Source of the DNA: an uncultured virus (IMG/VR IMGVR_UViG_3300034082_002556)
Taxonomy: Duplodnaviria > Heunggongvirae > Uroviricota > Caudoviricetes
Virus record (IMG/VR): IMGVR_UViG_3300034082_002556
Length of the DNA: 64,000 nucleotides
Strand: one strand, 5' to 3'
Translations under genes and position numbers: made by a program
The notes under the pieces: model-generated
Database searches by the model: none
Told to the model about the DNA's origin: nothing
The model's input: only the letters and a program-made list of their open reading frames with translations
Part shown: positions 9,801 to 18,959 of the stretch, one piece after another
Position numbering within the stretch: the stretch's first letter is position 1
How the letters are laid out: each line of letters begins with the position of its first letter

Positions 9801-10949
9801 ATGAAACCAAATGAACTAATTGATCTAGGAAACCAACACCGTGAACAGCGTCTGCCCGAACAAGCATTGGCATGTTATGCACAGGCATTTGTTCAAGATA
9901 GAACAAATGCGGCAGCATTTAACAATTACGGAAATGTACTGAGAGAAGTAGGAGACCCAGCTGGAGCAATACCATTTTTAGAAAGAGCACTAACTCTTGA
10001 GCCTAGATACACAACAGCAAAGTTTAACATAGCTGTGTGCCAGTTGTTGCTAGGTGACTACAAGCATGGCTGGGCTTCATATGAGTCTCGGTGGGAATAC
10101 GAGCATTTGGCTGGAACGTTGCCTAAATTTGAGCAACCCAGATGGCAAGGAGAACCCCTTAAGGACAAAACTATTCTTGTGATAGGTGAGCAGGGGCATG
10201 GCGACACTGTTCAGTTTGTGAGATTTGTGCAACAATTAATTGATGCTGGTGCCAATGTTTTATTACAGGTAACAGCAGGACTAGTATCAGTTTTTCAGCC
10301 TGGTGGTGGAGTTGCCAAAGTTGGTACCTACACCGATGACCTAGGACCGTTTGATTACTGGACTCCAATCATGAGTATTCCCAGAATACTTGGTATCACA
10401 TTGGACAACTTGCCAAGACAACTCAGTTACATCAGCGCTGATTCTGCACTGGTTGCACAGTGGGCCAAACGTCTTGGATTTAAAAATAAAATGAGAGTTG
10501 GCTTTGGTTGGAGCGGTCGTCGTGATTCTTGGCTGAACGGCCACAAGGGTATGCCATTCAACAAAATGATTGATATCATCAAACGCAATCCCGACTATAA
10601 CTGGATAAATTTACAAGCTGATGCCACAGACGAAGAAAATCAGACTCTGACAGATTTAGGAGTAACTGTTTTTCCGGGCACTGTTAGTGGGTTTGCAGAT
10701 ACGGCTGCGCTCATGATGCATCTAGACATTGTGTTGTCAGTGGATACTGTAACAGCACACTTGGCAGGATCTCTTGGGCGGCCAACTTGGATAATGTTAA
10801 ATGATTATGCAGTTGATTGGCGCTGGTTACTGGGTCGCAACTCAACCCCTTGGTATCCATCAGCAGTGCTGTTTAGACAAGAAAAGATGGACGATTGGGA
10901 ATCAGTAATCCGCGATGTTACAAAACATCTGGGTTGGGCTAAAATTTAA
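9801..10949 (+). CDS. TPR-repeat protein fused to a GT-B (GT9-like) glycosyltransferase domain
   Basis: N-terminal TPRs (AAFNNYGNVLRE..A...LERAL); EQGHGDTVQFVRF, F-DTAALM--LD-V-SVDT--AHLAG-LG-PTW, WRW, PWYPS. Start moved from 9753 to 9801, just after TTAAATA. Confidence 0.8.
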   Translation: MKPNELIDLGNQHREQRLPEQALACYAQAFVQDRTNAAAFNNYGNVLREVGDPAGAIPFLERALTLEPRYTTAKFNIAVCQLLLGDYKHGWASYESRWEYEHLAGTLPKFEQPRWQGEPLKDKTILVIGEQGHGDTVQFVRFVQQLIDAGANVLLQVTAGLVSVFQPGGGVAKVGTYTDDLGPFDYWTPIMSIPRILGITLDNLPRQLSYISADSALVAQWAKRLGFKNKMRVGFGWSGRRDSWLNGHKGMPFNKMIDIIKRNPDYNWINLQADATDEENQTLTDLGVTVFPGTVSGFADTAALMMHLDIVLSVDTVTAHLAGSLGRPTWIMLNDYAVDWRWLLGRNSTPWYPSAVLFRQEKMDDWESVIRDVTKHLGWAKI

Positions 10950-10956
10950 TTTACAA

Positions 10957-11565
10957 CTAGATTTCCCAGCTTTTGCTGTAGGAATAGGCCCATACAGGTC
11001 TGCTTATTGTGTTGCTTTGAAATTCTTTGTTGCTGTTATCACTTGTGGCAGCTTCAGTTATCCTACAATAAAATTCGTGATTGGTAAAAGTATCCTGGGC
11101 ACCGCCTGTGACATTTGCACCTTGAATTGTATAAGTTGCTAGGTCAGTAAAAAATGTCAGTAGATTGGGATTCATGCTTCGATTGCCAAGATCAGTATTT
11201 GTGTAACCTTGATACGAAATGCCAAAACTGTTATAGCTGTTGGAATTTTGTTGTCTAACAACTTGCCACTGTCCTGTCACTTGAATACGACACTGACTTG
11301 CTGGATATGTGTTACCAGTAGCAGGATCATAATATTCAGTTAACTCATTTCCAATATTAGCAATTGTCCATCCACGAGCAGCCAAATTCAGCTCTCCACC
11401 ATTGACTGGTTTTGGCCTTGTGAGACTTAATCCAAACGTGGCCTGGTCATTGTAACCAGCTTGACTGAACCTCCACAATCCTTGATCATGAACAATTAAA
11501 CCAGTTGATGCTGTGAGTTCTGCTGTTCCGGAATTGCCGGGCGGTGTATAGAATGTATTGGACAT
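10957..11565 (-). CDS. Hypothetical protein (probably virion-associated)
   Basis: ORF; ATG at 11565 lies 5 nt after TTAAATA. Confidence 0.55.
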   Translation of the reverse strand: MSNTFYTPPGNSGTAELTASTGLIVHDQGLWRFSQAGYNDQATFGLSLTRPKPVNGGELNLAARGWTIANIGNELTEYYDPATGNTYPASQCRIQVTGQWQVVRQQNSNSYNSFGISYQGYTNTDLGNRSMNPNLLTFFTDLATYTIQGANVTGGAQDTFTNHEFYCRITEAATSDNSNKEFQSNTISRPVWAYSYSKSWEI

Positions 11566-11575
11566 GCGTGTATTT

Positions 11576-11610
11576 AACAAAAAACCCGGAGTGTTATCCC
11601 CGGGTTTGTT
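11576..11610 (-). terminator. Rho-independent terminator
   Basis: aaacccgg..ccgggttt stem with minus-strand U tract. Confidence 0.65.
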
Positions 11611-11774
11611 GCAGCTTCATCAAAGCCAAGTGCCTAGCTAACCATAATCTAAATTTTACATAGTCTGATAATTCTGTATCTTCATCAACTACTTTGCCAA
11701 ACTCTGCACTTCGTCGATTACGACCAAAAGTAACCTCATCATCAATGACAAGGCCACTGTCGTCTAAATCAAAT

Positions 11775-12038
11775 TTACTTTGCTGGAGTAGCGGCTGGCT
11801 TTGCGTCTGCTTTAGGTGCGTCTTTCTTAGCAGCGTCACTTTTTGCAGGCTCGCTTTTTGAAGGCTTTTTCTCGTCCTTTTTAGCGTCCACTTTGGCTGG
11901 AGCTGGGGCAGGAGTTGCTGGAACACTTGCTGTTGCAGCCGGTGTGGCTGGCTTGGTTTCTTCTTTCTTTGCGGCTGGGGCCTGTGCAAAAGCGGATACA
12001 GCAAACGCTGTGGCAATTAGAGTTGCGATTAATTTCAT
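11775..12038 (-). CDS. Small secreted Ala/Pro/Lys-rich protein with Sec signal peptide
   Basis: MKLIATLIATAFAVSAFA|QAPAAKKEE; AAAGGAA SD and a 5' hairpin upstream. Confidence 0.75.
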   Translation of the reverse strand: MKLIATLIATAFAVSAFAQAPAAKKEETKPATPAATASVPATPAPAPAKVDAKKDEKKPSKSEPAKSDAAKKDAPKADAKPAATPAK

Positions 12039-12135
12039 AACAAGTTTCCTTTAAAGTTAAACGCAGATTTCTACCTGCGTACATATATAACGCCTTGCTA
12101 TGTGTGTTAGTTGACACATTCTGAGTATATTGTGT

Positions 12136-12987
12136 TTATTTGTGTCGAACTTCTAGATACCAAAATTCTGGAAAGGCTTTTTCGTAAAAGGCATTGGTTA
12201 TCTGTAGATTGCTTTCTTCAATGAATCGGTCAAAACATATGGGCGCAGACCCCATGCGATCTTCTTGTAACAAGATAACACCATCGGGTGCTAGATTTTT
12301 CTTTATATTTCTAAAAAAGTTTTCGTGTATCTTCCATTCGTAGTCGACTCCCAATCGATTTGTGTTAGGGTCATCAAACTGTAAACTTGCATACCAAGGA
12401 GGGTCAGACACTATGAGATCATAAACTCCAGATAAGTTTGAAACATTATCATTGTGAAATATAGAAACTGCACCTGCAAATCTATCAGGCATGTGTTTAA
12501 TTGTTTTCTCTGCTGCCAACAAAGATGGTTTGTAAGTATCCATGAGTGTTAGATTGTTGCAGATGCCGTCGGCCAACAGTCTAAATCCAATAAAGGATGG
12601 ACCAGAACACCACTCTAGACAGTTTTCAAACACACGATTAGAATACAGATGTTTAATAATTTTAGGAAAGTTTTGACCAAATGTTGTGCCACCGCCGTCC
12701 ATGTACTCATCATAATATACATCAAAGTCATTGGCAACTGCTAATTGCAATTTGCATTCAGGAACATGTTCATCGGATTTGTTATCTTTGAGTACAATAT
12801 TTTCCAAGATTGGTGCAAGTCCACTAGCAGTTAGAGCCACATGCTGGGCACCATTGTGCACTTCTAGTATTTCTTTTTTGATGTGGTCTGGTAACTTATG
12901 AAATTCGTGTTCGGTGCTACAGTTGGGCCAACTTGGATCACGGATAGCATTGTAAAATTCATTCCATGCATGTATATAATGTTTCAT
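12136..12987 (-). CDS. SAM-dependent methyltransferase (small-MTase-like) with extra N-terminal domain
   Basis: LEWCSGPSFIG motif I and YDLIVSDPPW motif IV. Confidence 0.75.
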   Translation of the reverse strand: MKHYIHAWNEFYNAIRDPSWPNCSTEHEFHKLPDHIKKEILEVHNGAQHVALTASGLAPILENIVLKDNKSDEHVPECKLQLAVANDFDVYYDEYMDGGGTTFGQNFPKIIKHLYSNRVFENCLEWCSGPSFIGFRLLADGICNNLTLMDTYKPSLLAAEKTIKHMPDRFAGAVSIFHNDNVSNLSGVYDLIVSDPPWYASLQFDDPNTNRLGVDYEWKIHENFFRNIKKNLAPDGVILLQEDRMGSAPICFDRFIEESNLQITNAFYEKAFPEFWYLEVRHK

Positions 12988-13019
12988 GCAGTTATATAGT
13001 GTGCTAGTTATCAGTCAAC

Positions 13020-13045
13020 AAAAAAGCGCCTTTCGGCGCTTTTTT
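13020..13045. terminator. Bidirectional Rho-independent terminator after the major capsid gene
   Basis: aaaaaagcgcc-tttc-ggcgcttttt. Confidence 0.85.
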
Positions 13046-13064
13046 GATTGGGTGCAATCTCTGA

Positions 13065-14282
13065 TTAAGAGAAAGACAAGTTGGACACAGCAATCTCACC
13101 AACGTAGTCACCAGCATTACCGAAAGATGATGCAGTGTTAGTTAGTTCAATGTAACCATAACGTGTCATGAATGACACGACTGGTTCAAATGTGCTTGGA
13201 TCCAGAACAACACCAGAGCTCATTAGAGGAATGTATGGGCAATAGAATGCCGCTGCATCAGCCTCTGAAGAACCTTTGTAACCAACTAGCACAGGAGTGC
13301 TGTCAGATGCATAAGAGTCAACGAACACACGCATAGCGCCGTTCAATGTACCCACAAACTTTGTGTTTGTAGGAGCTTCGAATGTGCCTTCTGTAGTGCG
13401 AGCAAAAGCAGAAGTTGTAGCAGACTGTAGAACAGTCAAACTAGCTGGAGATACAACAGCCCAGTTACCAGCGCCACGACGTGTACGCTGAGCGATCAAG
13501 TTAGCAACACGGTTGATTAAAACAGCTAGAGCAGCGTGTTCGTCACCAACGAATGTAGCAGTACCAGATACAGTAGCTTGGTTGTATGTGAACTCAGTTT
13601 GAGCCAATGAGCGCAAGCTCAATAGGATCTCTTGGTCAATTTCAGCAGTAATTTCTTGTGCCAAAGCTGCCATGATTTCTGCTTCAACGTCAATACCGTG
13701 CATGGCTTGTGCGTCTTGAGCAGCTTCAAATGTCCAACGTGCTTGCAACTTGCGAGTCTTGGCTTCAACAGCTTGCTTCAAGATTTGAACGCTGATCTGA
13801 CGACCGCCGTTACCTTCAAGAGTAGCAGTTGATGCACCAGAGTAGCCTTGTGCGGCTGTCTGTGTAGTGGCAGCGTTATCAGCACCGCGAGCGCCTGCAG
13901 AGTATGCAACAGCGATCTTGAATGGTGACAATGCTTCTTCACCAGCTACAACAGAAGTACCTGCTGCGGTCTGGTCAGTCATTGTAGATGCATAACGCAC
14001 ACGTAGAGTGTGAATTTGACCCACAGGACCTGTCATGGGCTGAACACCAACGATTTCGTTAGCGATAACAGTTGGCATAACACGTCGAATAACTGGAAGA
14101 ATCACACGGTTTAGTGTAGCGATGTTACCAGAAACGGTTGAACCTGCGGAAGCGTTTTCCTTCAAGTACTTACGTGTATTCTCGAGAATCACGTTCATTG
14201 AGTTGCGACGGTTACCTTTAAGGCCTTCCAGGAGGGCTTCCTTGGTCTCGTCCCAACGGCTTTCTAATAGTTCTTGTGACAT
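13065..14282 (-). CDS. gp23: Major capsid protein (T4 gp23-like)
   Basis: RRVMPTVIANEIVGVQPMTGPVG, AKTRKLQARWTFEAAQD, AFYCPYIPL, FMTRYG. Confidence 0.95.
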   Translation of the reverse strand: MSQELLESRWDETKEALLEGLKGNRRNSMNVILENTRKYLKENASAGSTVSGNIATLNRVILPVIRRVMPTVIANEIVGVQPMTGPVGQIHTLRVRYASTMTDQTAAGTSVVAGEEALSPFKIAVAYSAGARGADNAATTQTAAQGYSGASTATLEGNGGRQISVQILKQAVEAKTRKLQARWTFEAAQDAQAMHGIDVEAEIMAALAQEITAEIDQEILLSLRSLAQTEFTYNQATVSGTATFVGDEHAALAVLINRVANLIAQRTRRGAGNWAVVSPASLTVLQSATTSAFARTTEGTFEAPTNTKFVGTLNGAMRVFVDSYASDSTPVLVGYKGSSEADAAAFYCPYIPLMSSGVVLDPSTFEPVVSFMTRYGYIELTNTASSFGNAGDYVGEIAVSNLSFS

Positions 14283-14303
14283 TTAAGTCTCCTTATATTA
14301 CTA

Positions 14304-15392
14304 TTACAAACCAGCCAAACGCTTGATGTCAATCACATTGCTGCGATCATCATTTTGCATTGTAGGCATGGTTTTATCACCAGTTACTTCTCGCACATTT
14401 TCGTTGATTGCTTTACGGGCTTTCGGTGAAGTATCTGCGAGTACTGCTGGTAGATATTTTTCATAAGCGCCTTTTAGACGAGCTGTCTGTACGCTTTCTA
14501 AGAGATTCTTCATAATATCTTGCTTCTCTTTGTTAAGAGGGGCAAGTAATTCTTCCATGACGTTTGCACGTTGATTGGATTCCTTAATTACGCGAATCTC
14601 CGACTCTTTAGATTCTACTAGAGTTTTGGCTCTATGTACAATCTGGGTGGCTTCACTTAGCTGCTTGTCTTTTTGCGACAATATAGTTTTTAGCTTACGC
14701 ACTTCGGCATTCTCATTGAGGTGAGTATGACTGAATTCAGCAGCGTATGCTTCAAAAATACGTCGACCAAAATTGTTCTCACGAGCAATTTTGATATCTT
14801 CATGCAGTTGATTAAGCTCTTGCTTGAGATGCAGGGCAACAGCCTTGCTCATCTTGCTAGCACTTTCTTTTACGAATCGTGCCTTGAGATTTTCAAGTTT
14901 GTTACGGGCTTCGCTTACCAAACGTACTTTAGTTTCCACTAAGTCACGCTTGTCTTGGGCGAATTCCGAAATCTCTTCTGCAAGTGCTCGTACCACAAAC
15001 TTCTCTAGCTTTTCCAAGCTTTCGTTGTGAGTTTTACGATCCTTGCGTAGTTCACCAATTTCCTCAGCTAACTTAGTAACCATGAAGTCGTTAAACTTTG
15101 TGGCTGATTCTTTCATTTTGCTTTGGAACTTGACGCGGTCTTCAGCCAATGACTGCTTTTCAGCTGCCACTGCTTGAATCTCCGCAGAGAGACTTTCTGT
15201 AACCATGCGATCTAGGGCTTCCACCATAACAGTTTTGTCATGCTCATAGCGTTGCGCAAACTCTTCGCGGAGTTCTGCGCGGACTTGTTCACGAGCTTCT
15301 ATTAGTTTTGATTCCCAAGCTTCATTGAGTTCTTGACTAACATCCTCGTTGATCAGGCCACTATCGAGCAATGGTTTGATTGCATCTAGCAT
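14304..15392 (-). CDS. gp22: Prohead scaffolding/core protein (gp22-like)
   Basis: Coiled-coil, Glu-rich; located between protease and capsid genes. Confidence 0.8.
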   Translation of the reverse strand: MLDAIKPLLDSGLINEDVSQELNEAWESKLIEAREQVRAELREEFAQRYEHDKTVMVEALDRMVTESLSAEIQAVAAEKQSLAEDRVKFQSKMKESATKFNDFMVTKLAEEIGELRKDRKTHNESLEKLEKFVVRALAEEISEFAQDKRDLVETKVRLVSEARNKLENLKARFVKESASKMSKAVALHLKQELNQLHEDIKIARENNFGRRIFEAYAAEFSHTHLNENAEVRKLKTILSQKDKQLSEATQIVHRAKTLVESKESEIRVIKESNQRANVMEELLAPLNKEKQDIMKNLLESVQTARLKGAYEKYLPAVLADTSPKARKAINENVREVTGDKTMPTMQNDDRSNVIDIKRLAGL

Positions 15393-15401
15393 CGATTTCT
15401 C

Positions 15402-16025
15402 CTAAATCTTGAGATCCTTGATGAGTCGAGAAATCTCGCCCTTCAAGTATCTCTGTACTTTGTTGTCTTTGCCAGCGTCTCGTGCTAGATCTAGCACTCG
15501 ATGTCCATGACGCATATTCATCAAGCCTTCATAGATGGCTTTAGGGTATGCATTTGGTGCACTGGGTTGGGCAACCACATCCACAGTGACAATTTCAAAG
15601 TCACTGACATGTCCGTTTGCCTCGTTAACGTTTCCGCTACCGCGACTTGAAACTCCTAACTTCACACCGGATTCCAGCATAGTTTTAACCAGCTGGCCCA
15701 TTGGGGTGGGAAGAATTTTTAATTTGCCGTATCCGTTAGGACCATCCATCCACATTTCTGTGATCATATGGCTCACGCGGTCTAGATTTACTTTTAGATC
15801 ATCTGGGTGATCAACTTCGCCCAGTACCGAATATCCACCTGAAATCTGTTCATTAAGTGTGCCAACTGCACGCTCAATTTCGTTGACTGGGTACACACGT
15901 TCGTTGGCGTTTTTAACTCCGCCTTGAATGCAGATACCTTTCATGTAGAGATCTTTGCCTTCAACGCCTTCCACAATCATGCGGGCGGCGTCAAAGGTTA
16001 GATTTTCTCGGAGGTAAAGAGCCAT
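15402..16025 (-). CDS. gp21: Prohead protease (gp21-like)
   Basis: KNANERVYP, LGEVDHP, LGVSSRGSG, DVVAQPSAPNA. Confidence 0.93.
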   Translation of the reverse strand: MALYLRENLTFDAARMIVEGVEGKDLYMKGICIQGGVKNANERVYPVNEIERAVGTLNEQISGGYSVLGEVDHPDDLKVNLDRVSHMITEMWMDGPNGYGKLKILPTPMGQLVKTMLESGVKLGVSSRGSGNVNEANGHVSDFEIVTVDVVAQPSAPNAYPKAIYEGLMNMRHGHRVLDLARDAGKDNKVQRYLKGEISRLIKDLKI

Positions 16026-16037
16026 TTACCCGTGTCC

Positions 16038-16820
16038 TTATTGAATAACAGATTTGTTATTCACACCAGCTGCTTGTCCCAAGCTAGGCTTGGTGGCTGG
16101 AGTTGGCTTTTGAGTGCTTTGAGCTGGAGTGTTACCAACTTTACCAATTGCATCTTTAGCAGTAGGAGCTGGTCGTCCTGTAGCTTCAGCGCCAGTTGTT
16201 GTTACTGGCTTAGCCATTGCACCACGTGCTCCGCTGTTGGAAGCTACTACGCTTTTATTGTTAGCACCGTGATCACCAGGTGTTGGCTTAGGCACAGCTT
16301 TTAGATCAACGTTTTCGTTAAACATGCCTTCTGTTTCAAACTCGTCGTCTTCAACTTCTTCGCCGTCCATTTCGTCAGCAAATTCGTCAGCAACTTCGTC
16401 GCCTGGTTCAGCGTCCATGGCCATGTCCATGTCTTGGCCATCTCCGTCACCCATTAGGGATTCAAATTCGGCCATTAGTTCATCTAGTTTGTCTTCAAGA
16501 TCAACCACACGGTCTTCTAATTCTTCTTCGCCACCAACATCGGCGTGATGATCTTCTTCATCGCCTTCGCCTTCCATGCTGATACCTTCTTCTTCGACTT
16601 CAACATCGTCAATTAGGTCACCTGCTTGGTCGCCGCCTAGGCCTTCTTCAATTTCTTCGTCAATTTCTTCGTCTTCTGCTGACTCGTCAAGTTCTTCATC
16701 GTTCATCATCTCTTCGTAGATGGTACGACTTTTTTCTACGACGATGTCATGGAAAAGTTCACGAGCTTTAGCAGTCTCGTCATTGATCACGTATTCGATC
16801 AGTTGTTCAAATTTGTTCAT
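16038..16820 (-). CDS. Acidic prohead core protein-like
   Basis: Very Asp/Glu-rich; GGAGG SD before the ATG at 16820; GTAAATA at 16853-16859; between portal and protease genes. Confidence 0.6.
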   Translation of the reverse strand: MNKFEQLIEYVINDETAKARELFHDIVVEKSRTIYEEMMNDEELDESAEDEEIDEEIEEGLGGDQAGDLIDDVEVEEEGISMEGEGDEEDHHADVGGEEELEDRVVDLEDKLDELMAEFESLMGDGDGQDMDMAMDAEPGDEVADEFADEMDGEEVEDDEFETEGMFNENVDLKAVPKPTPGDHGANNKSVVASNSGARGAMAKPVTTTGAEATGRPAPTAKDAIGKVGNTPAQSTQKPTPATKPSLGQAAGVNNKSVIQ

Positions 16821-16898
16821 TGTATTCCTCCAAAGGTAATGGCTCAGTAAGATATTTACTACCATTCTAGAAATATATATGGTTATCGGTGTTTTTTT

Positions 16899-16932
16899 CA
16901 TGAAAAATCAGTGTCGAGCACTGATTTTCATG
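16899..16932. terminator. Long inverted repeat / possible terminator
   Basis: catgaaaaatcagtg-tcgag-cactgattttcatg. Confidence 0.5.
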
Positions 16933-17151
16933 TTACGCTGTTGGTTCAGCTACTGGAGAGTACTGTTGCTTTACTTTTTTAACTCTCTCTTTGAATTCAT
17001 ATTTACGAACATCATTTAGTCTGCGCAATTTGTTAATTTGTCGTAAAGTTAGTTTTGTCTTGCGCAAATCACCAAGTCGTGGCTGACTGTTATCTTGTGC
17101 AACATCTTGATAAGCTTCAGGCGATCGTTGATAGAGTTCTAATAGTATCAT
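16933..17151 (-). CDS. Small basic hypothetical protein in the head module
   Basis: 72 aa; exact TATAAATA at 17158-17165. Confidence 0.65.
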   Translation of the reverse strand: MILLELYQRSPEAYQDVAQDNSQPRLGDLRKTKLTLRQINKLRRLNDVRKYEFKERVKKVKQQYSPVAEPTA

Positions 17152-17160
17152 ATATGATAT

Positions 17161-18942
17161 TTATACAGATGGTGCACTTCCGCCAGGTGCTGCACCAGCC
17201 GCTGGTTGTTGTCCAACACCAGCATCAGCCCCAGGTACTGCACCCTCTGGTCCAGCATCTAAATTGCCTAACTCTTCACCAGTTGCAAGATCTGACTCAA
17301 GATCTGCAGGAGTTACACCCACACTACGTAAATCTTGACCAGTTGGCGGAGGTGCTTCAGGATCAGATCTTTCTTCCTGCCAGAGTTCTTCGTTTTCACG
17401 GATCTCTTCTTCAGTCAATCCAAGATATCGTTTGAGCAAAAATCTTTTGCTCAAATAAGGGTATGCTTCAAGTTGGGTAAATGTGCCAACTCGATCTTTG
17501 TCTAATTCTGCTTCACGATAGCTGGCAAAGTTTTGCGGGGGATTGAAGCTGATTGCAAACAATCCAGAATCAATGTTAAATCCTCTCCAGCGCATGAACA
17601 TCTTGAATTCATCGTCTAGCTTTTGTATAATCAAACGCTGTAGGCGTTCACAATACTGATTGAAACGATATTCCTGTATCAGTGCTGTGCCCACACGACC
17701 ATCATTCATTGGTCGATCACTGTCGTCCGGGCCAGTAGGCAAGTAACTACTGGGCACACGCAATCCACGACACATTTTATTATTGAAATATTTTAAATCG
17801 TCAATTTCTCCCAGGTTTGACCCACCAGGTAGTGTGTCAACTGACGATCCGCGGCCATCAGCTGTTTGAGGGAAAAAGTAATCTTCGTTAATGCTCAATG
17901 GATTGTAACTGCTGTCCATGGTGTGAGCACCACCACCGTTGTGGCTGGGAATCCTGCGTTGATGTATTTCATTTTTCACTCGTTCAACAAAGGCCATGGC
18001 CATGTGGCTTGGCATGTTGCCCACGTCAATTTTAAATACTCTACGTTCTGGTGCTCGACTCACACGATAGATAAGCACAGCATCTTCTAGCAATTCTTTT
18101 TGCTTGAACACCCGATAAATTGTTTCCAGTACACTTTGTCCAAAAGGCCAATAAAAGTCCAGGCCTTCGCTCAAACTAAGGTGCACAATGTGTTTAGCAT
18201 CAAGTACTGCTTCGTTCATTGCTGCGGCAAATCGACTTTGTCCCGAGCCACCTGATCCGCCTGCGCCTGAATTTGGTGCAGTGTAGTTAAATGGCGCAAC
18301 ATATCCTGAGCTGGGCGGATTTGACTGGTAATCAGTTGTGGTTTTTGCTGCCATGGTCAAATTCTGAAAGTTAGGGTTTATATCCCTAATAACATATTGT
18401 TCAGGCTTTTTGCCTTCACTTTCATTGACAATAACTCGAGCAACCTTGGACATGTCAATCCAGTACAATTCAAATGTTTCTGGATCACGCACAAACACTT
18501 GATCACCGTATTTGAGTGTGTTGCGGAAAATTTTGAAGATACGTTGATCAAACTTGTTTAGTTTGGTCCACTGCTGTAACTGACGTTTGATAATTTTTAC
18601 TTCATTATCAGTTGGAGTTTCGTTGTATGTTACTTCAAACGGTACAACATCTCCTTCAAGAGTTTGTGTTGAAAACTCTGCTAGAATATCCAAGCATGCA
18701 TTGATTTCACTATCGCTATCCATGTTTTCGTATTGATTATAACGTTCAACACGATTTGGATGCCCCGAGTACACTTCAGGAAGCCTGCTTGCATAGTTTC
18801 GATATGCAACATCGGCGTGATTGCTTAGATCTGTTCTACCATTATTCCGACCATACCCTGGCAGACCATCTGCATCTCGGCCAGATAACGGACTCAATTG
18901 CCCGCCTACATTCGCAACTTTAAAATATTTTTTCCAAGACAT
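17161..18942 (-). CDS. gp20: Portal protein (T4 gp20-like)
   Basis: LLEDAVLIYRVSRAPERRVFKIDVGNMP, EDYFFP, TLPGG-NLGEIDD--YF, LRVPSSYL. Confidence 0.95.
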   Translation of the reverse strand: MSWKKYFKVANVGGQLSPLSGRDADGLPGYGRNNGRTDLSNHADVAYRNYASRLPEVYSGHPNRVERYNQYENMDSDSEINACLDILAEFSTQTLEGDVVPFEVTYNETPTDNEVKIIKRQLQQWTKLNKFDQRIFKIFRNTLKYGDQVFVRDPETFELYWIDMSKVARVIVNESEGKKPEQYVIRDINPNFQNLTMAAKTTTDYQSNPPSSGYVAPFNYTAPNSGAGGSGGSGQSRFAAAMNEAVLDAKHIVHLSLSEGLDFYWPFGQSVLETIYRVFKQKELLEDAVLIYRVSRAPERRVFKIDVGNMPSHMAMAFVERVKNEIHQRRIPSHNGGGAHTMDSSYNPLSINEDYFFPQTADGRGSSVDTLPGGSNLGEIDDLKYFNNKMCRGLRVPSSYLPTGPDDSDRPMNDGRVGTALIQEYRFNQYCERLQRLIIQKLDDEFKMFMRWRGFNIDSGLFAISFNPPQNFASYREAELDKDRVGTFTQLEAYPYLSKRFLLKRYLGLTEEEIRENEELWQEERSDPEAPPPTGQDLRSVGVTPADLESDLATGEELGNLDAGPEGAVPGADAGVGQQPAAGAAPGGSAPSV

Positions 18943-18950
18943 AGTGCTTC

Positions 18951-18958
18951 TATTTATA
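18951..18958 (-). promoter_or_regulatory. T4-type late promoter TATAAATA
   Basis: Exact consensus, 8 nt upstream of the portal ATG. Confidence 0.75.
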
Positions 18959-18959
18959 G

